Of a stretch of DNA of 64,000 bases, positions 1 to 12,517 are shown in pieces. The translations under genes were made by a program, and so were the position numbers. Source of the stretch: Octopus vulgaris (lineage: Eukaryota); contig OX597829.1 in the NCBI GenBank assembly GCA_951406725.2, forward strand, positions 55,490,001 to 55,554,000. Direction: 5' to 3'. The notes below the pieces were generated by a model, which did no database searches, had not been told where the DNA came from, and saw only the letters and a list, made by a program, of their open reading frames with translations. Every line of letters starts with the position of its first letter. Position 1 is the stretch's first letter.

Positions 1-989
1 CCATAGCCTTACCAACACAGACATATCTGCTGAATTCTATAAATAGGAACCTTCATTTTTGTTTAGTTCAGTGATTTGTGTGTGCATAGTAATTAATCCA
101 CTGTGTGTGTGTGTGTGTGTGTGTGTGTATACTGGAGGTAAGTGCGAAGGGAAGGACCAGAAAGGGAGAAATAAATGAGTATGGCAAGGAATTCAGTGAG
201 AGCCACTGAAGGTTCGGGGGGGGGGGAGTCAGAAGGGGTGTGGAGGGAAGGACAGAGAGAGAGAGAGAGAGAAACGAAGTAGGGGTTGAGGAGTAATGTG
301 TAAGTAGAGGGAGCAATGAGGGGAAAGAAGGGCTAGAGGATATTAGGAAGGCAGAGGGAAGAACAGTGGAAGATGTAGAGAATGCATTTCAAGAAGGGAA
401 ATTTTGGGGAGAAGCAGAATGTGAATGCAAGGAAAAGAGGCCAGTGTGGGCAGTGAGAAAGGAGCGGCGTTACCATTCAGTGATCACAGTTGGAAGAGTG
501 AAAGAAAGGATGAAGGGTACCGTAGAGGTGTGAGGACAAATAGTGAAATAAAGGCAAGACTAAGGGTATTGAATGGCAGTAGAAGTAACTAGAGAGAGAG
601 AGAGAGTGAGAGAGTGTGTGTGTGTGTGTGTGCTGGTTGTTTGTACAAGACAGTTGTAATGAATGCTGGGTAGGAAGAGGTGAGGGTAGTCTAGTGCAAC
701 CTTTTATACATGGACCTAGAGAAGGATGAGATGTATAGAATGAAATGGATGAGGATGAGGATGATGATGCAGTCTGTCTTGGTAGATGAGAATCATGGAG
801 GGGAAAGCGAAGGAACAGTAATGCTGGCTTGGCCTGAAACGAAAGTGTATCGGCATTAGGAATGGCATCCAGCCATAGAAACTGTGTCCAAAACAAATAA
901 CTGGAGCTAGATACCGCCCTCTGGCTTTACCAGCTCCTATCAAACCATTCAACTCATGCCAGCATGGAAAACAGATGATGATGATATAT

Positions 990-1755
990 ACCTGTTGGCT
1001 CTCCTCCTGCAACTCAACTTGATTTCAAACCAGGTCGTCTGCTGCTGGAGAGGACCGATCAGGTAAAGGACCTGGGTATCTTGGTGGATTCCTCCTTTTC
1101 GCCTTCGGCCCAGTGCGTCCATGCTGCCAACAAAGCACGTGGAATTCTGTTCTTGATTCGACGGTCATTTGGAATGCTCACAGCAGCCATATTCCTACCG
1201 CTCTATGTCACGCTGGTGAGACCCATATTGGAGTACGGGATTCAAGCCTCTTCTCCTTATCTCCTCAAAGACATACAGTACCTCGAAAGAGTCCAGAAGC
1301 TGGCTACCCACATGGTTCTTGGTCTCAAGCATTTGTCTTATGAAGAAAGGCTAAGGACGCTCGACCTTTATTCTCTAGAAAAATGACGATGCCGTGGAGA
1401 TCTCATTCTTGCTCACAACATCATAAGCGGAAAGTGTAACCTCTCGAAAGAGCTGTTCTTCACTCCTGCTCCAGAGCGTCGGCTGTGGGGTCATTCCGAA
1501 AAGCTCTATCTGCGACGATTTCATCTCAATCGAAGGAGAAGGGCTTTCTCTGTCCGGGTTGCCGATCCGTGGAATAAGCTGCCAGACGAGATGGTGAAGA
1601 TGCCGATGACCGCTCGGTTCAAAGTCTCCCTTGACCTCAGGTGGCCTGAAGTCTTTACATGAACACCACCCTGTACATAACTCCATGCCCCCCTACATGG
1701 CCTTGCTTTTTGCTTTTTGAGCCAAAAAATTAACTAACTAACTAACTAACTAACA
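990..1755 (+). mobile_element. 5'-truncated CR1-type LINE (3' end of ORF2) with (AACT)n tail
   Basis: KDLGILVDS..A.NKA.G.L..IRRSF...LY.TLVRPILEY...LERVQ..AT....L..LSYEERL..L.L.SLE, then an in-frame TGA at 1384-1386 (probably CGA), then RGDLI...GH..KL...FSVRV...WNKLP. Tail taactaactaac. Confidence 0.9.
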
Positions 1756-1756
1756 T

Positions 1757-1915
1757 ACGAAAAGCTCTATCTGCGACGATTTCATCTCAATCAAAGGAGA
1801 GGAGCTTTCTCCGTCCGGGTTGCGGATCCATGGAATAAGCTGCCGGATGAGATAGTGAAGATGCCGACGACCGCTTGGTTCAAAGTCTCCCTTGACTAAC
1901 TAACTAACTAACTAA
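1757..1915 (+). mobile_element. Second short copy of the same LINE 3' end, in tandem, with its own (AACT)n tail
   Basis: cgaaaagctctatctgcgacg...caaagtctcccttga repeats about 1497-1635 with several substitutions, then goes straight to (ctaa)n. Confidence 0.85.
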
Positions 1916-2029
1916 CATATGTGTGTATATATATGTATATATATATATGGTGGTATCTAAAACACTATTGTGTGTAGGAATATTTTTCTGTAATGGATGA
2001 ACAAGACTTTAATAGCACTGTGTATGACC

Positions 2030-2480
2030 AGTCTGTATGGTTCTTTGTTGTCTTCTCTATGAGATGCAGCATATTCAGGTCCATACTTCATCTCTTCTCT
2101 CCAACTCAAGTCCACTTTGGTTTTCCTCTTCTACAAGTTCCACTAACATAGAGCACTCAACACTTTTCTGTGCAGTACTCTTCTTCCTCTGCTGTATCAC
2201 ATGTTTGTGCAACTATAGACTCCTCCTTTACACAACACACCTGACTTCTCTTGTACGTAGCTTTCCTCAGCTCATTTGTATCCAGGCATTCATGTGGTGC
2301 ACTAACATTACGTATCTGATGGGACAAGCTGGCTTCATTTCTTTCAAGCTTTTGCAAGTCTTTTACATTCAAGTTTCACATCTTGCTACCATGCAGCATT
2401 GCAATTCTAACGCAAGTGCCATCAATCTTCACTCAAAAGAGAAAAAAATTTGGTTGTCAGCAGAGGTTAATCACATGCAT
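2030..2480 (-). mobile_element. Degenerate RTE-clade LINE 3' fragment
   Basis: Minus-strand KDLQKLERNEAS...IRNVS......ELR resembles the RTE C-terminal region and parallels 6480-6900. Confidence 0.55.
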
Positions 2481-3612
2481 TCTTCACATTCAATATCTTC
2501 TCATAACAACACTTCCATGATGCTATTTCATCTTCCGTAGCAATGACATCTTGGTTCTCTCTAAAACGGATTTGAAATTCTGAACATCTCACACACTTTG
2601 TTCCTCATGTTACAGGACATGTGAAAAACCTGTTCTTTACTGTGTCACCCATAACCAAATATACTTGTAGCCTAGCTGGCCATTCTAGCTATTTAATAAT
2701 TCTCTCTACTACCACCTTCCTTCCTAGTTTTCCAAGCCTGTCTCTTAGCCTTTACTGCTCTGTGAATCATTTAATATCCATTGTCCACGCTGGCATGGGT
2801 TGGACAATGTGACCAGAGCTGGCAAACCAGATGGCTGCACCAAACTTCAGTCTGATTTGGCATAGTTTCTATGGTTCGATACCCTTCCTAATGCCAACCT
2901 CTTTACAGAGTGTGCAGGGTGCTTTTACGTGCCACTCCATGGGGACTTATACATGATGCTGCAGGGGAATGTTTTTTAACTGTTACATCCCTTTTGTTCC
3001 TACCACATATCAAATCTCTAGTCTTATGTAGGTTATTTTGTACAAATTCCCAGGTGTTATTTATGCTACAGGTATCATAAGTCCTCCTTCCTAAAGTCAT
3101 ATGCATCATGTAGAATTTCTATAAACTTATGCCCAACTTTAGGGTCTTTTAGTTTCTGTATCTTCCTTCTCCATGCTGCTATTCATTTCTGTGTCTACCC
3201 TGCTCTGACTCATATCACTTATTAGTCACTAATATCTATGTTGCATTCTACATTCTTCAACAGAAAATGCTTGGAGTATTTACAAGAGCCTCCCATCCCA
3301 TTTCTTGGTGAAAATGTTACTTATCTGACTTGTGTACTCACCAGATTGGTAAGCAATGAGGATGACTAGAGAGTTTCTTGAAGTGTGTGTTAGAACAAAT
3401 TGTTAGGTCAGTTGCGCCATTAAATGCAGGAGCCTTGCATCCTCATCATTTCTCATGCCATATTTAAACCTCTATGAACATCATGGAAGCCATGATGCCA
3501 ACATGCCCATTAAAATCACTCACCATGAAAATGAAGATGCTTTTTGTTGTTGTTGAGGTAGTCTGCTGAGGCTGCCTCAAAGAAACAGTTGTTCTGTATG
3601 GAAATAGACATC

Positions 3613-3651
<39 letters not shown>

Positions 3652-3653
3652 GC

Positions 3654-3698
<45 letters not shown>

Positions 3699-3734
3699 AA
3701 ATACATTTTAAAAAACCAAATAGGCATAGAACTC

Positions 3735-4673
3735 AGATCTTTTCCTTTTGAAACGGCAGATTGAGAAATTAAATTTTTGTAACTAAACCCTTTCAAACTT
3801 CAGACACTGGTAGATTGTGTCATATAAAACATCTTTTACTCTTAGTGTTTTTGAGAAAAGTTTATATTTTCAAAGTTATTTCGTGTTAAAGTTGTCGTAT
3901 TTGAGTAATTTCAACCAATCAATGGCATGTATTCAGCTGAATAAAATTACTGCCGTTGTTTGTCAACAACAACTTCCAGGGGTGTATATTTCATTTGTCA
4001 CTGTTATTTATGACATTATTCCTGTGTTTGTACTGGTTTAGCTTTAGGGTTTTAGAGTTAGGGTTATGCAAAAAAGTGAAAAATGAAGAAATTGGAGGAG
4101 GGAGGGGTAAGGGGAGGGGCGGAATGTAAAAATTCCGATTTTTGGAAATTTTCTGGAATCTCCGTATCTGAAAAGCTGGGTTTTTGGCAAAAAAAAAAAA
4201 TAATAAAAAAACCCCAATAATTTATGAGAAAATGGGGTGGGGCAGTGGCAGGAAGTCTTTCCAAAAATAGTAGCTGAAAAACAGGAAAAAAAGACCTAAA
4301 AAGCAGTAGAAATGCACGAAATGGTGGTGCCATGGAGTAAACATGCTTCAGATACACTCGTTTATTCATACAAACGTAACTGAGATGAAATAAGTCATAA
4401 ATAACAGTGACAAATGAAATATACAGTGCCAGAAGTTGTTGTTGACAAACAACGGCAGTAATTTTATTCAGCTGAATACACATCATTGATTGGTTGAAAT
4501 TACCAAAATACGACAACTTTAACATGAAATAACTTCATAAATATGTTTTTCTCAAAAACACTAAGAGTAAAAGATGTTTTATTATATGACACATTCGACC
4601 AGTGTCCGAAGTTTGAAAGTGTTTAGTTACAAAAAATTAATTTCTCGATTTGCTGTTGAAAGGGAAAAGATCC
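3735..4673. mobile_element. Non-autonomous DNA transposon with about 290-bp TIRs and 8-bp TSD
   Basis: Ends agatcttttcc and ggaaaagatcc. About 3735-4020 is the reverse complement of about 4385-4673. TSD tagaactc at 3727-3734 and 4674-4681. Confidence 0.88.
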
Positions 4674-6163
4674 TAGAACTCTGATGCAATGTCTGTAAAG
4701 TTCTCACTGTAAAGTCTGTAGGTTGTCTATTAGAGAAGATATAATAGAGAAGCTAATGCAATTTCACATCCTGTGAGGCTGAAATTGATAAAAACGAATT
4801 TAAGAAGTTTATTGTTTCAAACATACTACAATGTGTGTGCAGGTGATAGGTCAATAGCTGGGTTTTCAACCTCTGAAAGAAGAGTTGTTTGCCATATATC
4901 TGTCTGTCTGTCTGTCTATATCATCATCATCCTCTAATGCCTGTCATCCATGCATGTATGAGTAGGACTGTTAACAGGAGCTGGCCAGGTAGAAGTGTAT
5001 CCCAGGCTACTGTGTCTATTTTGGCAGGGATTTTACGGCCGGATGCCTTTCCTAACACCAACCACTCAGCAAAGTGGACTTAGTGCTTTTTACATGGCAC
5101 AAGCACAAGTCAGGTCAGCTTTGGCAAGGTTTTTACAGCTGGATGCCCTTCCAAATGCCAACCACATTACAGTGTGGACTGGATGCTTTTAACACGGCAC
5201 CAGCACTGGCATGGTCACCAAGTAACTCATAAGACAAGGAATTATGAGATGAGCAGCGCTACTGGAGGTGGAGCTTTTGTGTAGGGATGAGGACAGAGAA
5301 ATAGAGAGGCAGAAACATGTGTCTTGCTATAGAGGAGGTACATGGTTACCCAGTGAGAGAGAGGAAATGCAAGAGAGAGGAAAAGAGAGAGAGAAGAAAA
5401 AGAGAGGGAGAGAAAAAGAGAGAGAGGCACAAGAAAGAGGAGAGAAACAGATATGCTGATGTAAAGGTGATACTAGTCAGGTTACCTAGTCAGAGCAAAA
5501 TCAAGAGGAGAGAGAGAGAGAGATGGGGGGGATCAAGAATGAAAGCAGAAACAGGTATGCTGCTGTAGAGGGGATACACGGCTACCCAGGCAGAGGGAAG
5601 AGAGAGAGAGAGAGAGAGAGAGAGATGGTGGTAAAGTGTCAGGGTATACTCACAAGAAATGGAGTTCAGAGCATAGATGGGATGGTAGAGGAAGGAAATG
5701 GTGGCAATTGCCAGGGCATGACCCTAAGGTACAGAGGTCATAATATACGCAGTAAGGTATTGTCAAGAAGGTGTGAGTAGGGAGTGGGAATTGCTTTGAC
5801 TGGTGAAAACCTGGGCAATAAAGATGGGGTGGGTTGGGGGATTCAGTGATACAGTGAGCAGGGCAGTGAGGGAAGGGAAGGGGAGTGGGAGATAATCATA
5901 GTGTATGAAAAAGAAATACAAGGCAGAGAAACATGTAGTTTAGAAGAGGAAATGTAATTCCATAATGGTAAGATTAACAAAAAAAAAACTCCATCTGGCG
6001 AGGGATAAATATTATTTAATAAACACAATATATATATTTATGCTATGAAAAACATCTCAGACAGCATTTTTTAACACATCTGGTGCCTTCATGCAGTTCT
6101 CAGGCTATTAGTAGCTCACAAAAATATACATTGCTTTTATTAAAGAATATATATATATACACA

Positions 6164-6360
6164 CAAGGGTGTGCTGAAAAGTTCATGGTTTTAAGGGTAT
6201 TGCAAAAAGGGTTGGTTGGAGGCCCAACCTTCCAAGTTCTTTTACAGGGCTTAGAAATACTGAAGGACCCCTGCAATAAGTGTGTGAATCTGAGACAAGA
6301 ATATGTTGAATAAAATCCTGTACTTTTTTACCCAAAGCCAGGAACTTTTCAGCACCCTCT
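6164..6360. mobile_element. Mariner-type MITE
   Basis: TIRs agggtgtgctgaaaagttc and gaacttttcagcaccct, in TA-rich flanks. Confidence 0.7.
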
Positions 6361-6439
6361 CCTATATATATCCTTAAATCCTTAAAAATGTTTTAGCCCG
6401 AAGGCCGTGGCCATGCTGGGGCACCACCGCTGAATGAGC

Positions 6440-7600
6440 TACGCTAATATGTGAATCCACCTCTGATACATGGCACTTAGTCAACAAGGGAGGTCATTCT
6501 TCAGTACTTCGTCCCATATCTTCCTGGGTTTTCCACTTCCACATGCTCCATCAGCACTTCTTCATGGCGCTGTCAGCATCCATCTGCATCACATGACCAA
6601 ACCAGCACAGCTTTCTCTCATGCACACAGCATCTAATTCCTCTTATGCCCAACCTCTCTCTCAAAAAAACAAACACTCTGTTGAGCATGTACACTTACAT
6701 TACACATCCATCAGAGCATACCAGCCTCATTTCTCTCTAGCCTTTTCTTGTCCTCTGCATTCAGGGCCCACATCTCATTAGTATGTAGAACTGCTGTCTG
6801 TATACATGCATCATACAATCTTCTTTTCACTCAGAGAGAGTGGAACCTTCATAGCCAACAAAGGTAACAGCTCTCTGAATTTCCTCTTTGGATCTTTCTG
6901 GTCCTAAGCCTGAAGACACTAACCACCAGCTTATTTATGTTGAGTTGTACATTCTTCCCCTAGGAAAGATTTTGTATTTACGAGCATATACCTATCCCCG
7001 TGTCAAGTGAGGATGCAGTCAATCTGGCTGGTGTGTCTCCCATATTCATAAGTGATCAGATGGTTGACAAGTTTTCTGATGTCGGTGTTGCAGACAAGTA
7101 AGCCTTGAGCATTGCAAGACTTTGGCAGCCTTGTCCCCTCCTCATTTCTGGGGTCAAAACTGTAGCCACCATGCACACCCTGAAATCCATTGGAGTATTT
7201 TTCCAACATGTCCATTGAAGTCCTCTACCTTTTTTTCGAATGCCGTTGTCTTTCATCGTCAAAAGGATCCCCAAAAGGGATTCATAGACGTGGTCCTTCT
7301 GAGTATTTGCGAGTCTGGCAAGCAGAGACAACTAACACAATTACATCAAACAAATTTATTCTTAGCTTAATAATCCTATCATATACCCTGACTACCTCGA
7401 TCACCTTATCCACCCATTTCTCTACTAGTAGAATACCCACACCTTGTTGCCTACCTGGAAAAATTTGTATCTATGCCCATTGCCTGTAAGCAGTCTAGCT
7501 GAGACCCCCCATCATTGTACCTCTTAGACACATCTACCTGTCTCCACTCAAACATCTCAACTATCTCTCCAAATCTCCAAATCTACCTTTTATAGCACCA
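6440..7600 (-). mobile_element. Degenerate, internally deleted RTE-clade LINE (AP endonuclease and 3' region)
   Basis: Minus frames give FQGVHGGYSF..RNEEG.RL.....L.VCNT...K...HLITY......SQID.IL (RTE endonuclease). The 3' segment has a W.GHV...D and GKPRKIW-like region. Multiple frameshifts. Confidence 0.8.
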
Positions 7601-8173
7601 ACATTGGTTGTGCCAGTTCTGAGCTTGTAGAACTAAAGAGAAGATTGTGGGAATATTTTTGGCTTCTAGAAAGAAATGGCTACAGGCCCTTGTGCTTTGG
7701 TAGAGAAATAATGCTACAATTCCAGTTTCCAATTTCCTCCATCCCATAACCTTAATGGCTAAGCACATACATTATAAGAAAGCACACAGGTATATGCCCA
7801 TATTTCTGAATAGAGTACGAGCATATGTGCTTGAGTCACTTTCACTGAGGTGGTGGTGGGGTGGGGTTTGTGTTAGGGGCATCTGGAATCCATTGATATC
7901 ACATGACAAAATGTCCCACCATGAAGTTAGAAACGAAATTAATTTGTCAATCAATGGAGAAATATTTGTTATCCATAATCTGAAATACCTATGTATTTCC
8001 CTGAAGGAGAGAGAGAAAAATTAGGTTTGGTATTATTCACCTATTGTTTGAAATAAAGAGAAGGAAGGATAGCTGGCTAGCTGGACAGGTAGATAGAAAA
8101 TGCACCTGTTGGCATTGGTATATATATATATATATATATAGAAATATGTGTGTGTGTTGTTTGCGTGTGAGTG

Positions 8174-8338
8174 TAGGGCTGGCCCTAGGGTTGCTGGGCC
8201 CCAGGTAAGCTGGACTTCAGCTTCTTCAAGCTGACCATTGTGGAAATTTCCTTGTCCTTGTCCATGTCCTCCTTGGCACCCCCTGCACTCGGCACCCTGG
8301 ATGACTGTCCAAGTGGCCGGTACCTTGGGCTGGCCCTG
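8174..8338. mobile_element. hAT-type MITE
   Basis: TIRs tagggctggccctagg and ccttgggctggccctg. Flanks tgtgagtg and tgtgtgtg (7/8 match, 8-bp TSD). Confidence 0.7.
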
Positions 8339-8399
8339 TGTGTGTGTATATACACACACACACACAACACATGTATGTATATATATATATATATATTTA

Positions 8400-8943
8400 T
8401 GTCAGGTTACTTTCAAGTGCTACTGGTAACATGTAACCCAGTACAACCCGTTGCATGGTCGGGTCATCGGCGACTAAACCGGCAACCCCACCAAGCTTGC
8501 TTGGTGAGGAGGGTGTTTATCGGATACCCTGTGGGAGGAAAACCAAAACCCGTCAAAGGGCGGAGGAACTCTTGAGAGTCAACGGCCATCCAATAAATGT
8601 ATCATGCGAAGGGACATAGAAATAATCGGACTGAATACCCGATCGCGCGGTTAAACCATTGGGAGTGAAGGACTCCTAGCCTTTGTTAGGGCATCCTTCT
8701 AGGAGAAGGCAACTCAGGTAACTGGGATAACTCCAACACAAAACCTGTGGCTCAGTGGTTACCGATGATGTTGACTTGTTCTTCTTTTCGGATTATGGCT
8801 GGTGTTGCTTAGTGAGTGGGATTGACTCAGTGCATAGCCTTTCCTCACTTTAAAAAAATTCTTCTTGCACAGGCATTGCACGATAACAACATGGATTAAG
8901 CTTCGTGCAGTGGCCATACTCGATAACGAGGGGCAACCACCAT
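8400..8943 (+). mobile_element. CpG-rich non-coding element in a (TA)n tract, probably RTE 5'UTR-derived
   Basis: Bounded by (TA)n on both sides. Contains gggcatccttctaggagaaggcaactc, resembling the GGCA..C..TCTAGGAGAAGG.AAACTC motif of RTE 5' regions. Confidence 0.55.
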
Positions 8944-9133
8944 GTATATATATATATATATATATATATAGATAAATATATACATACAGTTGAGGTGTAT
9001 TCTGTTAAGAACGTATTAGAGTACAAAACAGAGCTTGTTCACCCTTAGAAATAGCAGATAGCCAGCAATATTATGGTATGCTACTGATTCTAGTCTTAGG
9101 CATTCCTCGTTCATGAAAAATAAAAAAGAAAGA

Positions 9134-9478
9134 ATAAATAGAGTCCAATAGAGTCAAAAGTAAGAGGTGTATGACTGTTTAATGATCACTACATATGTTT
9201 CGATACAGCATAGAGCCACATTTACACAGGATTTAAATTCAAAGGAGCCAGATGGATGTGACAGCATCGAAATCAAACATTTACTGACGGAGAGAGAGCG
9301 ATTATATATCACCTGAGGAGATACATCTAGGTCCTATCATACAGGTAAACTGTTACTTAATTGAAATTTAAATCCTGTATATATGTGGAGCTATGTTGTA
9401 TCGAAACATGTGTAGGGGATCATTAAACAGCTGTCGAGGCAGGGTCCCTCTTACTTTTGACTTTTGACTCTATTTATA
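9134..9478. mobile_element. Penelope-like pLTR remnant in inverted configuration
   Basis: About 9134-9240 is the reverse complement of about 9365-9478, and the unit encloses a hammerhead motif. Confidence 0.6.
9308..9420 (+). ncRNA. Hammerhead ribozyme candidate (type I, long stem II, intact core)
   Basis: atcac CTGAGGA GATACA[insert]TGTATC GAAA CATGTG TA ggggat. The inverted arm preserves GAAA CATATG TA gtgat, which pairs perfectly with atcac. Confidence 0.65.
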
Positions 9479-9708
9479 TATTTCATATATATATATATAT
9501 ATATATGGGCATGGCTGTGTGGTTAGGGAGCTTGCTTCCTAACTATATGGTTTCGGGTTCAGTCCCACTGCGTGGCACTTTGGGTAGGTGTCTTTCACTA
9601 TAGCCCCGAGCTGACCGGAGCTTTGTGATTGAATTCGGTAGGTGGAAGTTACTGCTGTGTGTGTATATGTGCGTGTAGGTGCTTGTGCCTCTCCGAAAGA
9701 GAGAGAGG

Positions 9709-9739
<31 letters not shown>

Positions 9740-10099
9740 GAAATGGATAATATGGTATCACTACAATCGTTTCATTAAGAGATTTTATAGTATTGTAACA
9801 TTGTACAGGCAGGTACATATGAATTGCAACATGTACAAAATACTGCAAAACACAACAGAGAAACTCTCCCATCATTAGGTTGTACAGTAACCTGGCACAT
9901 TTGTATTTGTTTTGCTCACTGAACAAAATGTTTGGTAGCATTTCTTTCAGCTTTACGGTTCTGCTGAGGTCGACTTTGCCTTTCATCCCTTTCAGGGTCA
10001 ATGAAATAATTACCTGTTGAACACTAGGGTTGATGTAATCAATTGGTACCCCCACCCCAAAAGTTTCAGGCCTTAGTGGAAGGGCTTATTATCATCAAA

Positions 10100-10322
10100 T
10101 TAGTAAATGTTAATTTATTAGCAAGGATTCTATCTTGAGTTTTGCTGACAAGTCTCGTCAAATTTCCAAGAACCTGAGCCTTTCTTAGGATTCTAACAGA
10201 AAATAGGAACGTACTCTTCTGCTGGTCAACAATGTCGGTTTCAATTCCAATCTCCTTCAGTCTTTTGGGTAGCATTTTGGGTGTTGCATTAATTACTGCA
10301 GGAATAATTGTTGTCTTAACAG
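10100..10322 (-). mobile_element. RLE-type (R4/Dong-like) LINE C-terminal remnant next to (AGT)n
   Basis: VKTTIIPAVI.A...LPK.LKEIGI...I...QKS.....RILRK resembles the IPVVIGALG...LQK..LL...RILR end of RLE LINEs. Confidence 0.55.
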
Positions 10323-10345
10323 CAGCAGTAGTGGTAGTAGTAGTG

Positions 10346-10393
<48 letters not shown>

Positions 10394-11344
10394 TACCCTT
10401 TTATAATTGACAGCTCATCATTGGGGTAACTATTATACTTATTCACTGGAACTGTAAATTCAAGTCCATTTAGCCAGACACAGCACATTTTCTCTTGTAT
10501 AAAAAAAATGGATTATGTTGTCCTATTATACACTGTCCAAAAAACAAAACAAAAACAAAACAAAACAAAACAGTTCAAAAGAAGAGAAACAAATCAAATA
10601 TTTATTTATAGTTTGAGTCATTAGTGTTAATCAACAATTATCTAATGCTAAGCAGAAATGTTCCATCTCCAACTGTTCATTAAAGACTGCAATGAGTTCT
10701 TCATTATCTTCATATTTTGGGTGTGTTTCTTTTGGGTGTGTTTCTTCAGGTCTGTAAACAAGAAATATGTTGATGTTCTTTGGTGATTAAGTTTTTAAAA
10801 TAACATCTTAGATAATGTTTAAATAATGTGTTGTGCAATCAAGAACTTGTGTGCAAACGAGGCAGTTGCAATGTGGTAACTTGCTTTACAAGAACTAGCA
10901 GCCAAATCTCCCTTAAATTATACCTGTTAATTTAAAAAATGGAAGGACACATTAAATAATGTAGTCTTAAGTGAACTAAGTTTGAATAAAAGACAGGTTA
11001 GTCATGGCTGGAATATCCCTGACCATAGGTCTGCTGGGCTAGAGTGGACCTTGGGCTAAAAATGATAAGGATCAAGGGCTTATGGATTGATCCATAAACC
11101 CTTCTACTAGGATAAAATTTCAAAGCCACCATTTTACATCTTATATCTTTACTTCTCCATATAAACCATAAAAATAGATTAATGATATGTCAAAACAATG
11201 AAATTTCTTTCTGATCTCAGAATAACATTCATCATGATCTCAGCAGACTTTGTAGCCTTTGGGTTCAGACCATTTAGATATCACCATTCATAGGATTTCT
11301 TCAAACTTTCATTATGATAATAATAATAATAATAATAATAATTA

Positions 11345-11612
11345 TCATCTTTTAATGTTCGCTTTCCATGCTGGCATGGGTTGGACGATTTGACTGAGGA
11401 CTGGTGAACCAGATGGCTGCACCAGGCGCAATCTGATCTGGCAGAGTTTCTACAGCTCAATGCCCCTCCTAATGCCAACCGCTCCGAGAGTGTAGTGGGT
11501 GCTTTTACATGCCACTAGCACGAGGGCCAGTCAGGTGGTACTGGCAATGGCCACGCTCAGATGGTGTTTTTTACATGCTACCTGCATAGGAGCCAGTCCA
11601 GTGGCACTGGCA
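11345..11612 (-). mobile_element. SINE family C (GAT-tailed, RTE-like 3' end)
   Basis: tttccatgctggcatgggttggac...ggatgcccttcctaatgccaac recurs at about 860-985(+), 2765-2940(-), 4920-5230(-), 20215-20620(-), 27125-27260(+), 46583-46708(+), 49840-50042(+), 56585-56680(+) and 57711-57820(+). Confidence 0.8.
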
Positions 11613-12517
11613 ATGATGATAATAATAATAATAATGATGATAATAATAACAACAGCAACAACAACAAGAACCCTGTTACATTTCCAGTCACTGTTTGTTA
11701 AAAAAGGAAAAACAAAATTTTTTTCTTGGTTAACAACCTCCAACAGTTTTTGAACAAAAGTCATTTGAATATTCTGTTAGCATTTAAGCCAAACATATCT
11801 GGCCCAAATATTCTATCTATTCTATCTTCAAACTGGCCAGATCCAGCCTCTCACACTTACCATATAAGATAAACAACCATACCATAAAGATCTCAAAGCT
11901 GTAAGATAAGTCATGATTAATTCAAAACAATATGGATAATTATGAATTCCATTTGGCAGAGTAACCCGAATGCTAAATAGTAATATTGAGGTTTACATTT
12001 TCAGAAATCCCTTCTCTAATCACTTCATATTCCCAATTTTAACTGCAATTAGCGATGGATTAGAGTTTCGGTAATGAAAATCTTTGGTGGAGGATATTAA
12101 TAGTACTACATCATTCCTCGGTGAAACATTTCATAATTAACTAATTGATACCCCAATTTGTTCACTTTAAATAGTGGCAATTTATAAAAATATAAATCAT
12201 TTCAAGAAACAATTAGTTGATTAGGAACAGTTATTGATAAATGCATAAAGAAGTATTAATTTAGTTGCATGGAAAAAAAAAAAAAGGTAAAAACATTAAT
12301 TTTAAACACCTAAGGCTAAATCTTAAGGTACATGTGGTATTACAATATATAGAGTAATTTGCTCAGGAAAAACGGTTATGTCTGCTCTAGTTCTGAATTG
12401 ATGTCAATTGAGCACGTTTTGATTGTGGTTGACTTTACTTTAAAATCAAAAATAATATTTTGTAACAATGGCTGATTGTCATATCTCTAATGCTAAATGT
12501 ATTTTTCTGTAACATAT

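Noticed and set aside
12005-12070. Possible upstream exon (tttcag...CG|gtaatg)
   Set aside because: The open frame ends in phase 2, incompatible with the phase-0 acceptor at 13867, and has no NIDO similarity.
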